From Alphaproteobacteria bacterium (GTDB lineage: Bacteria; Pseudomonadota; Alphaproteobacteria; MPNO01), in NCBI GenBank assembly GCA_965200535.1, contig CBDAUF010000002.1:403995-467994 (forward strand): DNA of 64,000 nucleotides, written 5' to 3'. Below are positions 44,356 through 54,200 of the stretch, piece by piece. The position numbers and the translations under genes were made by a program. Position 1 is the first letter of the stretch. Every line of letters begins with the position of its first letter. The notes beneath the pieces were generated by a model. That model ran no database searches. It was not told the origin of the DNA and saw nothing but the letters and a program-made list of their open reading frames with translations.

Positions 44356-45204
44356 ATGGTGCGGCGTGCGATGCCGAACCCCGGCGCGGCGCCCCTTTCC
44401 CGGCTGATCGAGGCGGACCACGGGTGCATCGCCTGCCGGGAGGCGGGCGATGCCTCCCGGCCCGCCATCGTTCTCTTGCACGGTCTCGGCGGGAACGCCG
44501 CAATGTGGCGGCGGCAATACGCTGCGCTTTCGGACCGCTTCCGCGTCCTCGGCTGGGACATGCCGGGCTACGGCGGTTCCGACCCGCTCCCGGGGATGCC
44601 GGGGCCGGCGGAGTACGCCCGTGCGCTGGCCGTCCTGCTCGACAAGATCGGCGTCGCCGCGGCCTGCGTCGTTGGCCAGTCGGCGGCGGCGCTGATCGCC
44701 GCGTCCCTTGCGCGCGCCCGGCCCGAACGGGTCGCCGCCCTGGTTCTCGCCCACCCGTTGTTCGGATTCGGGGCGCTGCCGCCCGCCCGGCGCGCGGCCG
44801 CTGTCGAGGAGAGGGCGGGCGCGTTCGAGCGGCTGGGGCCGCACGCCTTCGCCCTGGACCGGGCGCCGCGCCTCCTCGCTCCCGGCGCGCCGAAAGAGCT
44901 CGTCGCCGAGGTCGTCGACGGCATGGCGGCTGCACGCCCGGCCGGTTACCGGCAGGCGGTCGCGATGATGGCAAACGCGGACCTTCCGTCCGACATCGCG
45001 CGGGTCGCCGCACCGGTCACCGTGATCGCCGGCGCGCATGACCCTCTGGCGCCGCCGGAACGCTGCCGCAGCCTCGGTGCGCACCTCGTCGCGGTCGAGC
45101 GGGCGGGGCACTATGCCGCCCTCGAACGGCCGGACGCGTTCAACGCCGCGGTCGCCGCCGCCGCAGGCGGCAAATGGCCTCCTGCGGGGCAAGCCGCCGG
45201 GTAG
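44356..45204 (+). CDS. Alpha/beta-fold hydrolase
   Basis: LLHGLGGN oxyanion region and the nucleophile elbow VGQSAAA (G-x-S-x-A/G). The start is uncertain (44293, 44356 or 44371). Confidence 0.75.
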   Translation: MVRRAMPNPGAAPLSRLIEADHGCIACREAGDASRPAIVLLHGLGGNAAMWRRQYAALSDRFRVLGWDMPGYGGSDPLPGMPGPAEYARALAVLLDKIGVAAACVVGQSAAALIAASLARARPERVAALVLAHPLFGFGALPPARRAAAVEERAGAFERLGPHAFALDRAPRLLAPGAPKELVAEVVDGMAAARPAGYRQAVAMMANADLPSDIARVAAPVTVIAGAHDPLAPPERCRSLGAHLVAVERAGHYAALERPDAFNAAVAAAAGGKWPPAGQAAG

Positions 45205-45329
45205 ACCGCGGGCCGCAGCGATTCTGCGCGGCACTGGAGATTCGTCTCCCGCGATGGTCTATGTTCCCCCGCCAGTCCAGTGCCCGCCGCTTCCCCCGCC
45301 GCACGGCAGTCAATGTGGAACCGCGTCCG

Positions 45330-46334
45330 ATGATCGAACGCAGAAAACTCCGGATCGGGGTCGTCGGCTGCGGCCGCTGGGGGCGGAATCTGGTCCGCAA
45401 CGTTCACGAGATGGGCTTGCTGGCAGCGGTCAGCGACATCGACGCCGAAACCGCGGCCGCCTTTGCCGCCCGCTACGGGGTTCCTGCCCTGACCGCCGGA
45501 GACCTGCTGGATGCGGATCGGATCGATGCTGTCGTCATCGCGGTTCCGGCGGAAGACCACGGAAAGCTGGCGCTTCGCGCGGTTGCCGCCGGCAAGCATG
45601 TCTTTGTCGAGAAGCCGATGGCGGTCTCCGATGCGGAAGCGCTCTCCCTGGCCGCCGCGGCCCGGGACCGCGGCCGCGTGCTGATGGTCGGTCACGTGCT
45701 GAGATATCACCCGTGTTTCCGGGAACTCCACCGCATCGTGGATGCGGGCGGGATCGGCCGCATCCGGCATATCCGCACGGTCAGGGGAGCGAGCCGCGCT
45801 TTCCGCCGCGACGAAAACGTGCTCTGGGGTTTTGCGCCGCACGATATTTCGATGATCCTCGCGCTGACCGGCGAAGCGCCCACGGGCGTCGCCGCACTCG
45901 GAGACTGCAGCCCCGGACGGCGGGGCCCCGACGTTGCAACGGCCGTGTTCGACTTCCCCTCGGGGATAAGGGCGGACCTGTTCGTCTCCTGGTTCAATCA
46001 CGTCAAGGAACAGAAACTCATCGTATCGGGAGAAACCGGCGCGATCGTGTTCGACGACTGCGAGGACTGGGAAAGCAAGGTGACGATTTACCGCGACGGC
46101 GGCGGGAGCGACCGCATCGCGGTCGAACGGGGAGAGCCCCTGCGTATCGAGTGCGAGCACTTTGTCGAGTGTATCTCCAACGGCCGGGAACCGCTGACCG
46201 GCGGCGCGGAGGGGGTCGAGGTCGTCCGCGCTCTCGCGGCCATTGCCCGGTCCATGGCGTCGGGCGGGCGGGTGGAGATGGCCGCCTGCCGCCCGCCCGG
46301 GGCGCAATCCCGTGCGACCGGGGCCGGCCGATGA
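45330..46334 (+). CDS. Gfo/Idh/MocA-family NAD(P)-dependent oxidoreductase
   Basis: Rossmann motif IGVVGCGRWGRN and the VFVEKPMA motif. Confidence 0.8.
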   Translation: MIERRKLRIGVVGCGRWGRNLVRNVHEMGLLAAVSDIDAETAAAFAARYGVPALTAGDLLDADRIDAVVIAVPAEDHGKLALRAVAAGKHVFVEKPMAVSDAEALSLAAAARDRGRVLMVGHVLRYHPCFRELHRIVDAGGIGRIRHIRTVRGASRAFRRDENVLWGFAPHDISMILALTGEAPTGVAALGDCSPGRRGPDVATAVFDFPSGIRADLFVSWFNHVKEQKLIVSGETGAIVFDDCEDWESKVTIYRDGGGSDRIAVERGEPLRIECEHFVECISNGREPLTGGAEGVEVVRALAAIARSMASGGRVEMAACRPPGAQSRATGAGR

Positions 46335-47458
46335 TCCCCTTTATCGATCTGGGCGCCCAGAGAGCGCGCCTCGACGGCCGGATCGAGGCTGCGATCGCGC
46401 GCGTCCTCGACCACGGCGCCTTCATCATGGGTCCCGAAGTCCGGCAGCTTGAGGACCGGCTTGCCGGATATTGCGGGGCGGGAAATGCGATCGCCTGTTC
46501 GAGCGGAACCGACGCGCTGCTGCTTGCCCTGATGGCGCTCGGCGCCGGCCCCGGCGATGCGGTGCTGGTTCCGGGTTTCACCTTCGTGGCGACGGCCGAA
46601 GCCGTCGTCCTCGTCGGTGCGACCCCGGTCTTCGTCGATATCGAACGGAACGGGTTCTGTCTCGCCGAAGACGCCCTCGAGGCCGGCGCGGCCGCGGCCG
46701 TCGACCGGGGTCTGCGGCCGGTCGGCGTCATCGCCGTCGACCTCTTCGGCCAGCCCGCCGATTACGATCCGATCGAGCAGGCGGCCGGGGAACTGGGGCT
46801 GTGGCTGGTGTGCGATGCGGCGCAGAGCTTCGGTGCGGCCTATCGCGGCCGCAGGGTCGGCACCATCGGCACGGTGACGACCACCAGTTTCTACCCGTCG
46901 AAACCGCTCGGCTGCTACGGCGACGGGGGCGCGCTGTTCACCGACGACGATGCCCTCGCCCGCACCATTCGTTCGATCCTCGAGCACGGCGCGGGCGAGG
47001 ACAGGTATCACAATGTCCGGATCGGGATGAACGGCCGGCTCGACACCCTCCAGGCGGCGGTCCTTCTCGAAAAGCTTTCGGTGTTCGATGACGAGATCGC
47101 ACGAAGAGACGCCGTCGCCGCGCGCTATTCCGAGGCGTTCGGCCGGCTGAACGCCCTCGCGGTTCCGCGGATCCGCGAGGGTGCGACATCGGTGTGGGCC
47201 CAATACACGCTGTTGCTCGACGGTCACGACCGCGATGCGTTCCGGGCCCGGCTTCGCGAACGCGGCGTCCCCACGGCGGTCTACTATCCGCAGCCGCTCC
47301 ACCGGCAGCCGGTCTACCGGGATTTCCCGGCGGCGAAAGACGGTCTGCCGGTTTCCGAGGAGCTGAGCCGGCGCGTGGTCAGCCTTCCGCTGCACGCCTA
47401 TCTCGATCCCGCCGTGCAGCGCCGGATCGTCAGCGCGGTCGGAGAGGCGGTGTCCTGA
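46331..47458 (+). CDS. DegT/DnrJ/EryC1/StrS-family PLP-dependent aminotransferase
   Basis: CSSGTDAL, DAAQSFGA and SFYPSKPLGCYGDGGA (PLP lysine). ATGA overlap with the upstream oxidoreductase. Confidence 0.9.
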   Translation: MIPFIDLGAQRARLDGRIEAAIARVLDHGAFIMGPEVRQLEDRLAGYCGAGNAIACSSGTDALLLALMALGAGPGDAVLVPGFTFVATAEAVVLVGATPVFVDIERNGFCLAEDALEAGAAAAVDRGLRPVGVIAVDLFGQPADYDPIEQAAGELGLWLVCDAAQSFGAAYRGRRVGTIGTVTTTSFYPSKPLGCYGDGGALFTDDDALARTIRSILEHGAGEDRYHNVRIGMNGRLDTLQAAVLLEKLSVFDDEIARRDAVAARYSEAFGRLNALAVPRIREGATSVWAQYTLLLDGHDRDAFRARLRERGVPTAVYYPQPLHRQPVYRDFPAAKDGLPVSEELSRRVVSLPLHAYLDPAVQRRIVSAVGEAVS

Positions 47459-47482
47459 GACCCTGCCCCGGCCGGACGGGTA

Positions 47483-49564
47483 TCAGACCGGCCGGATCCA
47501 GACGGCGGTGTCGTGGTAGACCGCACCGCCGTAGGGCGGGCCGGGTTCGGCGCTGACCAGCGCGTTGACCCCGAGGCCTTCCTCGAACGCGGCGTTCGGC
47601 CAGATGCCTTCGATGATCGCCACGCCGCGCTGCATCCCGTCGAACGGCTCGGCATGGACGACGATGCTGGCCAGCCGGTTGCCCACCCGCACCCGGCCGC
47701 CCGCGGATGCGCCGACCGCCACCAGGTCCTCCGGGTGCAGCTTGACCGTCGGCCTGCCCTCGCGCTTCCGCGAGGATGGCGTCTCGGTGAAGCTGCTGTT
47801 GAGATAGCTGCGTGACGGCGCGGTCACCAGGCGGAACGGGCGCTCGTCGTCGGCCTCATCGACGATCGCCAGATGGTCCGGCAGTTCGGGCATCCGGTCC
47901 CCGTCGCGGCCGGTCGCCGACCAGTCCGGCCGGAAGCGGAACCGGCCGTCCGCATGGCCGAACCCGTTCTGGAAGCGCATCTCTGCGGACGGCCTGGCGC
48001 AGTCGATCCAGCGGCCGTCGGCCGCCGTGTCGGCGTCGCCGAGCCCGGAGGCCCTGAGCGTTGCGTCGATGATCTCCCATTCGCTCATGCGGAAGCCGGG
48101 ATGGTCGATGCCGAGGCGCTCGGCCAGCCCGCACAGCACGGCGTGGTTCGACCGGCACGCGCCGAGCGGCTCGATGGCCCTGCGCGCCACCTGGAGGAAG
48201 GTGTGGCCGCCCGCGACATACATGTCGTCGTGCTCCAGGAAGGTCGTCGCCGGCAGCACGATATCGGCCATGGCGGCGGTCTCGGTCATGAACTGCTCGT
48301 GGACGCAGACGAACAGGTCGTCCCGCAGAAAGCCCTCGCGAACCTTGCGGGTTTCCGGCGCCACCATCATCGGATTGGTGTTCTGGATGAACATCGCCTT
48401 GACCGGCTGCGCCGCGCTCCCGCCGCCGATATCGCGCGCATCGCCGGTCAGGACCGGGCCGATCCGCGCTTGGTCGAGCAGCCGCGTCGACCTGTCCATC
48501 GCGTCGAGCCCGCGGATCAGGGTGAAATCGACGCCATAGAGGTCGCCGTTGGAATAGAGCGCCCCGCCCGCGCGGTGGCGCCACTTGCCGGCGACGGTCG
48601 GGATGCAGCTCACCGCGTGCATGTTGGCCGCGCCGTTGCGCGAGCGGGTGAAACCGTAGCCGACCCGCATATAGGCCCGGTCGGTGCGGCCGTAGAGGGC
48701 GGCGAAGGCTTCGATCTCGGCGGTCGAGAGCCCGGTGATGGCGGCGGCCCAGTCCGGCCCCCGGGTTCGCAGATGGGCCTCCAGCGCCGCCGGGCAATCG
48801 GCGTACTGCTCCATGAACTCCCGGTCGGCGTAGCCGTCGCGGAACAGGATGTGCATCACCGCGCAGGCCAGCGCGCCGTCGGTGCCCGGCCGCAGGGCGA
48901 GATGCATGTCCGCCTGTTCCGCCGTGCCCGTGCGGTAGGGGTCGATGACGACCAGCCGGGCGTCCCGGTCCCTGCGCGCCCGCGCGATGTGCGTCATCAC
49001 GTTGATCTGGGTGTTCACCGGGTTGCCGCCCCACACCACGATGAGGTCGGCCTCCTGCATATCCCGCGAATCGGTGCCGCGCTTGGCGCCGGCCCCGGCG
49101 CGCCAGCCGGCGTCCGCCAGGGCGACGCAGAACGTCGAGTGCTGGCGCGCATAGCGCATGGTGTGGCGCAGACGGTCGATGCCGTCGCGCTGCACCAGCC
49201 CCATGGTGCCGGCGTAGAAATAGGGCCACACCGACTCGCTGCCCCATTCGGCGGCGGCGGCCTGCAGCCTGTCGGCGACCTCGTCCAGCGCCTCGTCCCA
49301 GCCCACCGGCGCGAATGCGGAGACGCCTTCGCCCTTGGCCCCCGTGCGGCGCAGCGGATGCGTCAGGCGGGCCGGGTGGTGCACCCGTTCGGCGTAGCGG
49401 GCGACCTTGGCGCACACCACCCCGGCGGTATAGGGATTGCTTCTGGCGCCGTGGATGCGGCCGATCGTGGCGGAGTCCAGGCGTTCCACATCCAGCGCGC
49501 AGGTGCTGGGGCAGTCGTGCGGGCAGGTCGAGGGAACGATCTCGGGCGCGGCGTCCAGCGGCAT
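47483..49564 (-). CDS. Molybdopterin (bis-MGD) oxidoreductase family protein with an N-terminal 4Fe-4S motif
   Basis: CPHDCPSTCAL Cys cluster and 693 aa. MopB-like core with a C-terminal MGD-binding beta-barrel region. No signal or Tat motif seen. Confidence 0.85.
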   Translation of the reverse strand: MPLDAAPEIVPSTCPHDCPSTCALDVERLDSATIGRIHGARSNPYTAGVVCAKVARYAERVHHPARLTHPLRRTGAKGEGVSAFAPVGWDEALDEVADRLQAAAAEWGSESVWPYFYAGTMGLVQRDGIDRLRHTMRYARQHSTFCVALADAGWRAGAGAKRGTDSRDMQEADLIVVWGGNPVNTQINVMTHIARARRDRDARLVVIDPYRTGTAEQADMHLALRPGTDGALACAVMHILFRDGYADREFMEQYADCPAALEAHLRTRGPDWAAAITGLSTAEIEAFAALYGRTDRAYMRVGYGFTRSRNGAANMHAVSCIPTVAGKWRHRAGGALYSNGDLYGVDFTLIRGLDAMDRSTRLLDQARIGPVLTGDARDIGGGSAAQPVKAMFIQNTNPMMVAPETRKVREGFLRDDLFVCVHEQFMTETAAMADIVLPATTFLEHDDMYVAGGHTFLQVARRAIEPLGACRSNHAVLCGLAERLGIDHPGFRMSEWEIIDATLRASGLGDADTAADGRWIDCARPSAEMRFQNGFGHADGRFRFRPDWSATGRDGDRMPELPDHLAIVDEADDERPFRLVTAPSRSYLNSSFTETPSSRKREGRPTVKLHPEDLVAVGASAGGRVRVGNRLASIVVHAEPFDGMQRGVAIIEGIWPNAAFEEGLGVNALVSAEPGPPYGGAVYHDTAVWIRPV

Positions 49565-49785
49565 AGCGCGGGTCTCCGGGCGGCGGGGGGAGGATGCGCA
49601 CTCTACGGCCGGCGTTTCCGCGGAGCAAGCTGCGCATGGTGCGCGGCGGGCGCCTATCGGGTGGAGATCGCGCGCGGAATCCTCTATCAGAGACTTGGCC
49701 GTCCCGCCTTTTCGGACGGGATGCCGCGCCGTTCGGCCGGGCGGGCGGAGAGCGGTCGCGCCCGGCCCCGGGGAAGGAGACGCGA

Positions 49786-50772
49786 ATGTCGGTCCCGGTC
49801 ATCGATATCGGCCCCTATTTGCAGGGCGGTCCGGAGCAGCGGCGCAGGGTGGCGGACGGGATCGCCGCGGCGTGCGAAGAATCCGGGTTTTTCTGTATCG
49901 TCGGGCACGGGGTTCCCGCCGGTCTGATTGCCCGCACCCGGCAGGCGGCGGCCGATTTCTTCGCCCTGCCGGCCGCCGAGAAGCGGTTGATCCTGCGGCC
50001 GGCGAACCGCGTCGGGCGCGGCTACTACCCGTTCGCCGACCGGTCGCTCGCCTACACGCTCGGCGTCGAGACGCCGCCGGACCTGCAGGAGGCCTATGCC
50101 ATGGGCCCGCCCGATGTCCCCGACGATCCCTACTACCGGGGCGAGACGGCGGCCTATTTCTTCGCCGACAACCGGTACCCGGCGCGGCCCGAAGGCTTCC
50201 GCGAGACGGTGGACGAGTATTTCCGCACACTGCTCGGCCTCGGCAACCGCCTGATGGGGGCGATGGCGCTCGCCCTCGGGCTCGACGAGGGGTTCTTCGC
50301 CGACAAGATCGACCGGCCGGCCTGCGCCATGCGCCTCATCCGCTACCCGGCGCAGAGCGATCGTCCGGCGGAGCGGCAGCTGCGCGCCGGCGCCCACACC
50401 GACTACGGCACGCTCACCATCCTGCGCGGGGACGACGTGCCGGGGACGCTGCAGGTCAAACTGAAGCAGGGCGGCTGGACCGATCTGCGCCCGCCCGCCG
50501 ACGCCTTCGTGTGCAATCTGGGCGATGCGATGGCGCGCTGGACCGGCGGCCGTTGGGCATCGACCCTGCACCGGGTCTCCAACCCGCCGGAGGGCGCCGC
50601 CCAGCGCGACCGTATCTCGCTGGTCTTCTTCCATCAGCCCAACTACGACGCGATGCTGGGCGGGATCTTCGACGACACGGGCGAGGCGGTGAGCCTCGCC
50701 GATCACTACATCGAGAAGATCCACCGGGCGGCGGGCGCCGGACACTCCCCCCCGCCCGCGGGCGCCGGATAG
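49786..50772 (+). CDS. 2OG-Fe(II) oxygenase, isopenicillin-N-synthase-like family
   Basis: GAAGGAGA RBS. VPVIDI N-terminus, HTDYGTLTIL (HxD), STLHRV and RISLVFF (RxS). Confidence 0.8.
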   Translation: MSVPVIDIGPYLQGGPEQRRRVADGIAAACEESGFFCIVGHGVPAGLIARTRQAAADFFALPAAEKRLILRPANRVGRGYYPFADRSLAYTLGVETPPDLQEAYAMGPPDVPDDPYYRGETAAYFFADNRYPARPEGFRETVDEYFRTLLGLGNRLMGAMALALGLDEGFFADKIDRPACAMRLIRYPAQSDRPAERQLRAGAHTDYGTLTILRGDDVPGTLQVKLKQGGWTDLRPPADAFVCNLGDAMARWTGGRWASTLHRVSNPPEGAAQRDRISLVFFHQPNYDAMLGGIFDDTGEAVSLADHYIEKIHRAAGAGHSPPPAGAG

Positions 50773-51094
50773 CCGGACCGCCCGCCCGCCGCCGGACGCT
50801 GCGCCGGCGCCGATACCGCTATATCCTGACCATATAGATTAGCTGGACACCATATGTTGATGATAAGAAACGGCTTTGCCGATTCGCTCCTTTCCTGCCA
50901 GCGTTATCGCAGACGATGTCGTCGAAACCTGCTGGCCGGAGACGGGAGGGGACCGCGATGTATATTTCAAGCGATTCTGCAGCGAATGCGCTGTGTCACG
51001 GGTCGATAGCCGGGGCCGTCCGCGGGGCGGCGGGCAACCCGGGCGAAGGAATTTTCCCGCAGGGGCTGACAAGCCGGGCCGGGCTTCGCTCCGG

Positions 51095-51100
51095 TATAAT
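51095..51100 (+). promoter_or_regulatory. Isolated perfect TATAAT hexamer (possible -10 element for the autotransporter gene)
   Basis: TATAAT lies 3 nt upstream of the pentanucleotide tract. There is no good -35 at 16-18 nt (the CTGACA at 51066-51071 is 23 nt away). Confidence 0.25.
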
Positions 51101-51102
51101 TA

Positions 51103-51180
51103 AGCCAAGCCGAGCCAAGCCGAGCCGAGCCGAGCCGAGCCGAGCCGAGCCGAGCCGAGCCGAGCCGAGCCGAGCCGAGC
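51103..51180. repeat. Pentanucleotide microsatellite: AGCCA-AGCCG-AGCCA-(AGCCG)x12, then a partial AGC
   Basis: Read directly. There are 12 perfect units at 51118-51177 and 15 units in total from 51103. The tract ends 27 nt before ATG 51205. Confidence 0.97.
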
Positions 51181-51204
51181 GGCCAGAAGTGCGGGCGCGG
51201 CATT

Positions 51205-54200
51205 ATGCGCCGGAACCTTTCGACGCAGCACCGATCCCGCCGACCCTGGAGCCGGGTCTTTCCCGGGCTCTCCGCATTCCTGCTCGGGCTCGCCGCGCTC
51301 GCGGCCGGGCCGGCCCACGCCCAGACCTATCTGAATACGACGATGACCGTCGGGACGCTGAGCGGTTTTCTCGGCTTCAATAAGGGCGAAAGTGCAGGCT
51401 CCCTCGGAAAGGACTTCTTCGTACATGACGGCGGGACCTACGACATAACCCATCTGGGCCACACCCCGACCCACGCCGAGATCAGCACGACGCCCCCGCT
51501 TCCCCTGGGCGTCCTCAACAGTTTCCACGTGACCATCGATTCCACCGCGTACCAGGGGGGATGGACCCAGGACGCCAACGCGAACGTGCACCGGATTGCC
51601 AAGGGTTCTCTCGATCTGACGAGCGGCGACACAGACATCGCCGTGAAGATCGTCCAGGTGCCCGAGCAGGTCACCGGCCTGTCGCTGACGACGAACAACG
51701 GCGAAATCACGGCGAGCTGGACGGCGGCGGGCAACGACCCTTCGGACATTACCGGCTACGAACTGGAATTCCGCGAGTCGCCGAGCGGCTCGTGGATGAA
51801 ATCCAGCTTCAGCCACACCAACACGACCCACACCATCGAGAACCGCACCAACGGCACCAAATATGACATCCGCGTGCGGGCCGTGAACGGGCCGGCCTAC
51901 GGCGCATGGTCGGCCACCGCGAAGGCGACGCCGACGGAGGAGCCCAACAGCCCGCCGGTCCTCGCCCTCCCGGATGCGGGGAGCATTGCCGAGAACAGCA
52001 CGGGCACGGTCCTGACAGTCACGGCCAGCGATTCGGACAGCGATGACAACTCTAACTTCCGCTATGAGCTGGATCAGGATCATACCGACAATGGGTGCTT
52101 CGATATGATTGGCGCGACAGTGCACGTTGACAGCGGCTATTGTACCCTCGATTACGAGCGCCTTGATCCGTTCGGAGGGGGCGCTTTCGATGAGGACGGG
52201 AGTCCCTTTTACAATGTGATGGTCACGGTCAAGAGCGGCACGGGCGACCGCGAGTTGACGGCGTCGGGGTTTGTCAAGATCACGATAACCGACGTCCGCG
52301 AGCCGCCCGGCGAGGTGGGACAGCCGACGGTCACGACGGCGGGCAGCGGCGAACTGAAGGTCACCTGGTCGAAGCCGTCGTACAATCTCGGACCGGCGGT
52401 CAGCGGCTATGACGTGCGGTTCCGGGAGTACGGCGCTGCCAATAAGGACAAATGGCACTATCACGCCCATGAGGGCACGGAGACGAAGGCCGTGCTCACG
52501 CACCTGAAGAACGACACCCAGTATTGGGTCGAGGTGCGGGCGAAGAACGACGAAGGCGACGGCTTCTGGTCCCAGTCGCAAAACGGCACGCCGAAGGCAG
52601 TGCCGGACAAGGTCAGCCATCTGGTGCTGGTCGCGGGCGACCGCGAAATCACGGCGAGCTGGGTCGAGCCGTACGACAACATCCCCGAAGAACCTCCCAC
52701 GCCGCCGGCGGACAACATCGACGGCTACAAGGTGGAATACCGCGAGTCCTCGGCGACCTCTTGGACCGACGCCGGCCACAGCGGCACCGCAACCACGCTC
52801 ACCAGGTCCGGCCTGAACAACGGCACGGCCTATGACTTCCGCGTGCGGGCCGTGAATGCCAATGGCGACGGCCCCTGGTCGGATATCGCGACGGCGACGC
52901 CGGCCACGGAGAGCCCGGTGGTTGTCTCGTCGACCTGGGTGTCGGTGAAGGAGAACAACGGGGGCAAGGCGCGCTACGGCGTGTCGCTCGCCGGCACCGA
53001 AGTGCCGTCGAGCACGGTAACGGTGAAGCTGTCCGCCTCCGGCGATGTCGATGCGGTGGAGATCGAGCCTTCGAGCCAGACCCTGATTTTCACCGTCGGC
53101 CCCAACGGGAACTGGAACGCGGTCCAGGTGGTGACGATCGCCGGGGTGGATGACACCACGCACCAACCGGACCACCGCGAAGTCACGATTTCGCACACGG
53201 CGACTTCCGGGGATTCGAACTTCAACAACAAGACCGCCTCGGTCGATGTGCGCATCTATGACGACGACCCGGACCCGAACAATCCGACGCCGGCGGCACC
53301 GACGAATCTGGAGATATCCCATGCCGGCGGCTCGGCCACGACGGCCACGCTGACCTGGGATCACACATTCAACACTCCGGAACAGCCGACGCTGAAGGAC
53401 GGCTATCACCGCTATGTCATCTGGCGCTGCACAGGGGCCGAGTGCGATCCCAAGTCCAGCTATTACGACCGGGTCGGCGGCCTGGCCAACAAGAAGAACG
53501 GGGAGGGCACCGAGTGGATTCCGACCTATACGAAGGAATTCAACGACGGCACGAAGCCCAGAAAGATGCCTGTCCCGCTGGAGCAGGGGGTGACGCATCG
53601 CTATGCGGTGACGGCGGAATACGGCAAGGGAGAGGTCTATAGCTCGGACCCCTCGGGTGTCGCCACACTCTCCGTCGGCACCGCGCAGACCGCGCCGCCG
53701 CCGCCGAAACCGAAGCCCGGCAACGGCTTTGTGCGCCTCGACTGGCAGTCGGCGGACGAGGATGCGGGCGGCAACGGCGGCAGCAATGGGCAGTCCATCG
53801 GCTCCCTGCGCTCCATCGGTTCGCTGATCGAGCGCGGCCTGCGGATGGTGCGGGGCCTGAGCGCGGAGTCCGAGGAGCCGGCGGCGCCGGAATACAAGGT
53901 GAGCTACACCGAGGAAGGCGCGGACTGGAGCGAGGGCTACACCGAGACGGTGCCCGACACCTCGACCGTGATCGAGGCGCTCGAGAACGGCGTGAGCTAC
54001 GCCTTCCGGGTGCGTTCGGTGACGAACGGCGAGGCCGGCCCGTGGTCGGACACGGTGACGGCGACGCCCAAGGCCCCGGACAATGCACCGGTCGAGGGGC
54101 CGAGCTACGAGGGCGTCGAGTCTCCCGCGCTGAGCTTCGTCGCCGGCGAGGCGGTCGCACTGGTGACGCTGCCTGCGGCAAGCGGCGGCAGCGGGGCGCT

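Noticed and set aside
51103-51180. The tandem repeat as a possible CRISPR array or a coding PSRAE-repeat protein (ORF 50916..51383).
   Set aside because: The 5-nt units have no spacers, so it is a microsatellite and not a CRISPR array. The ORF through it overlaps the autotransporter start out of frame and has no protein-like features beyond the repeat.
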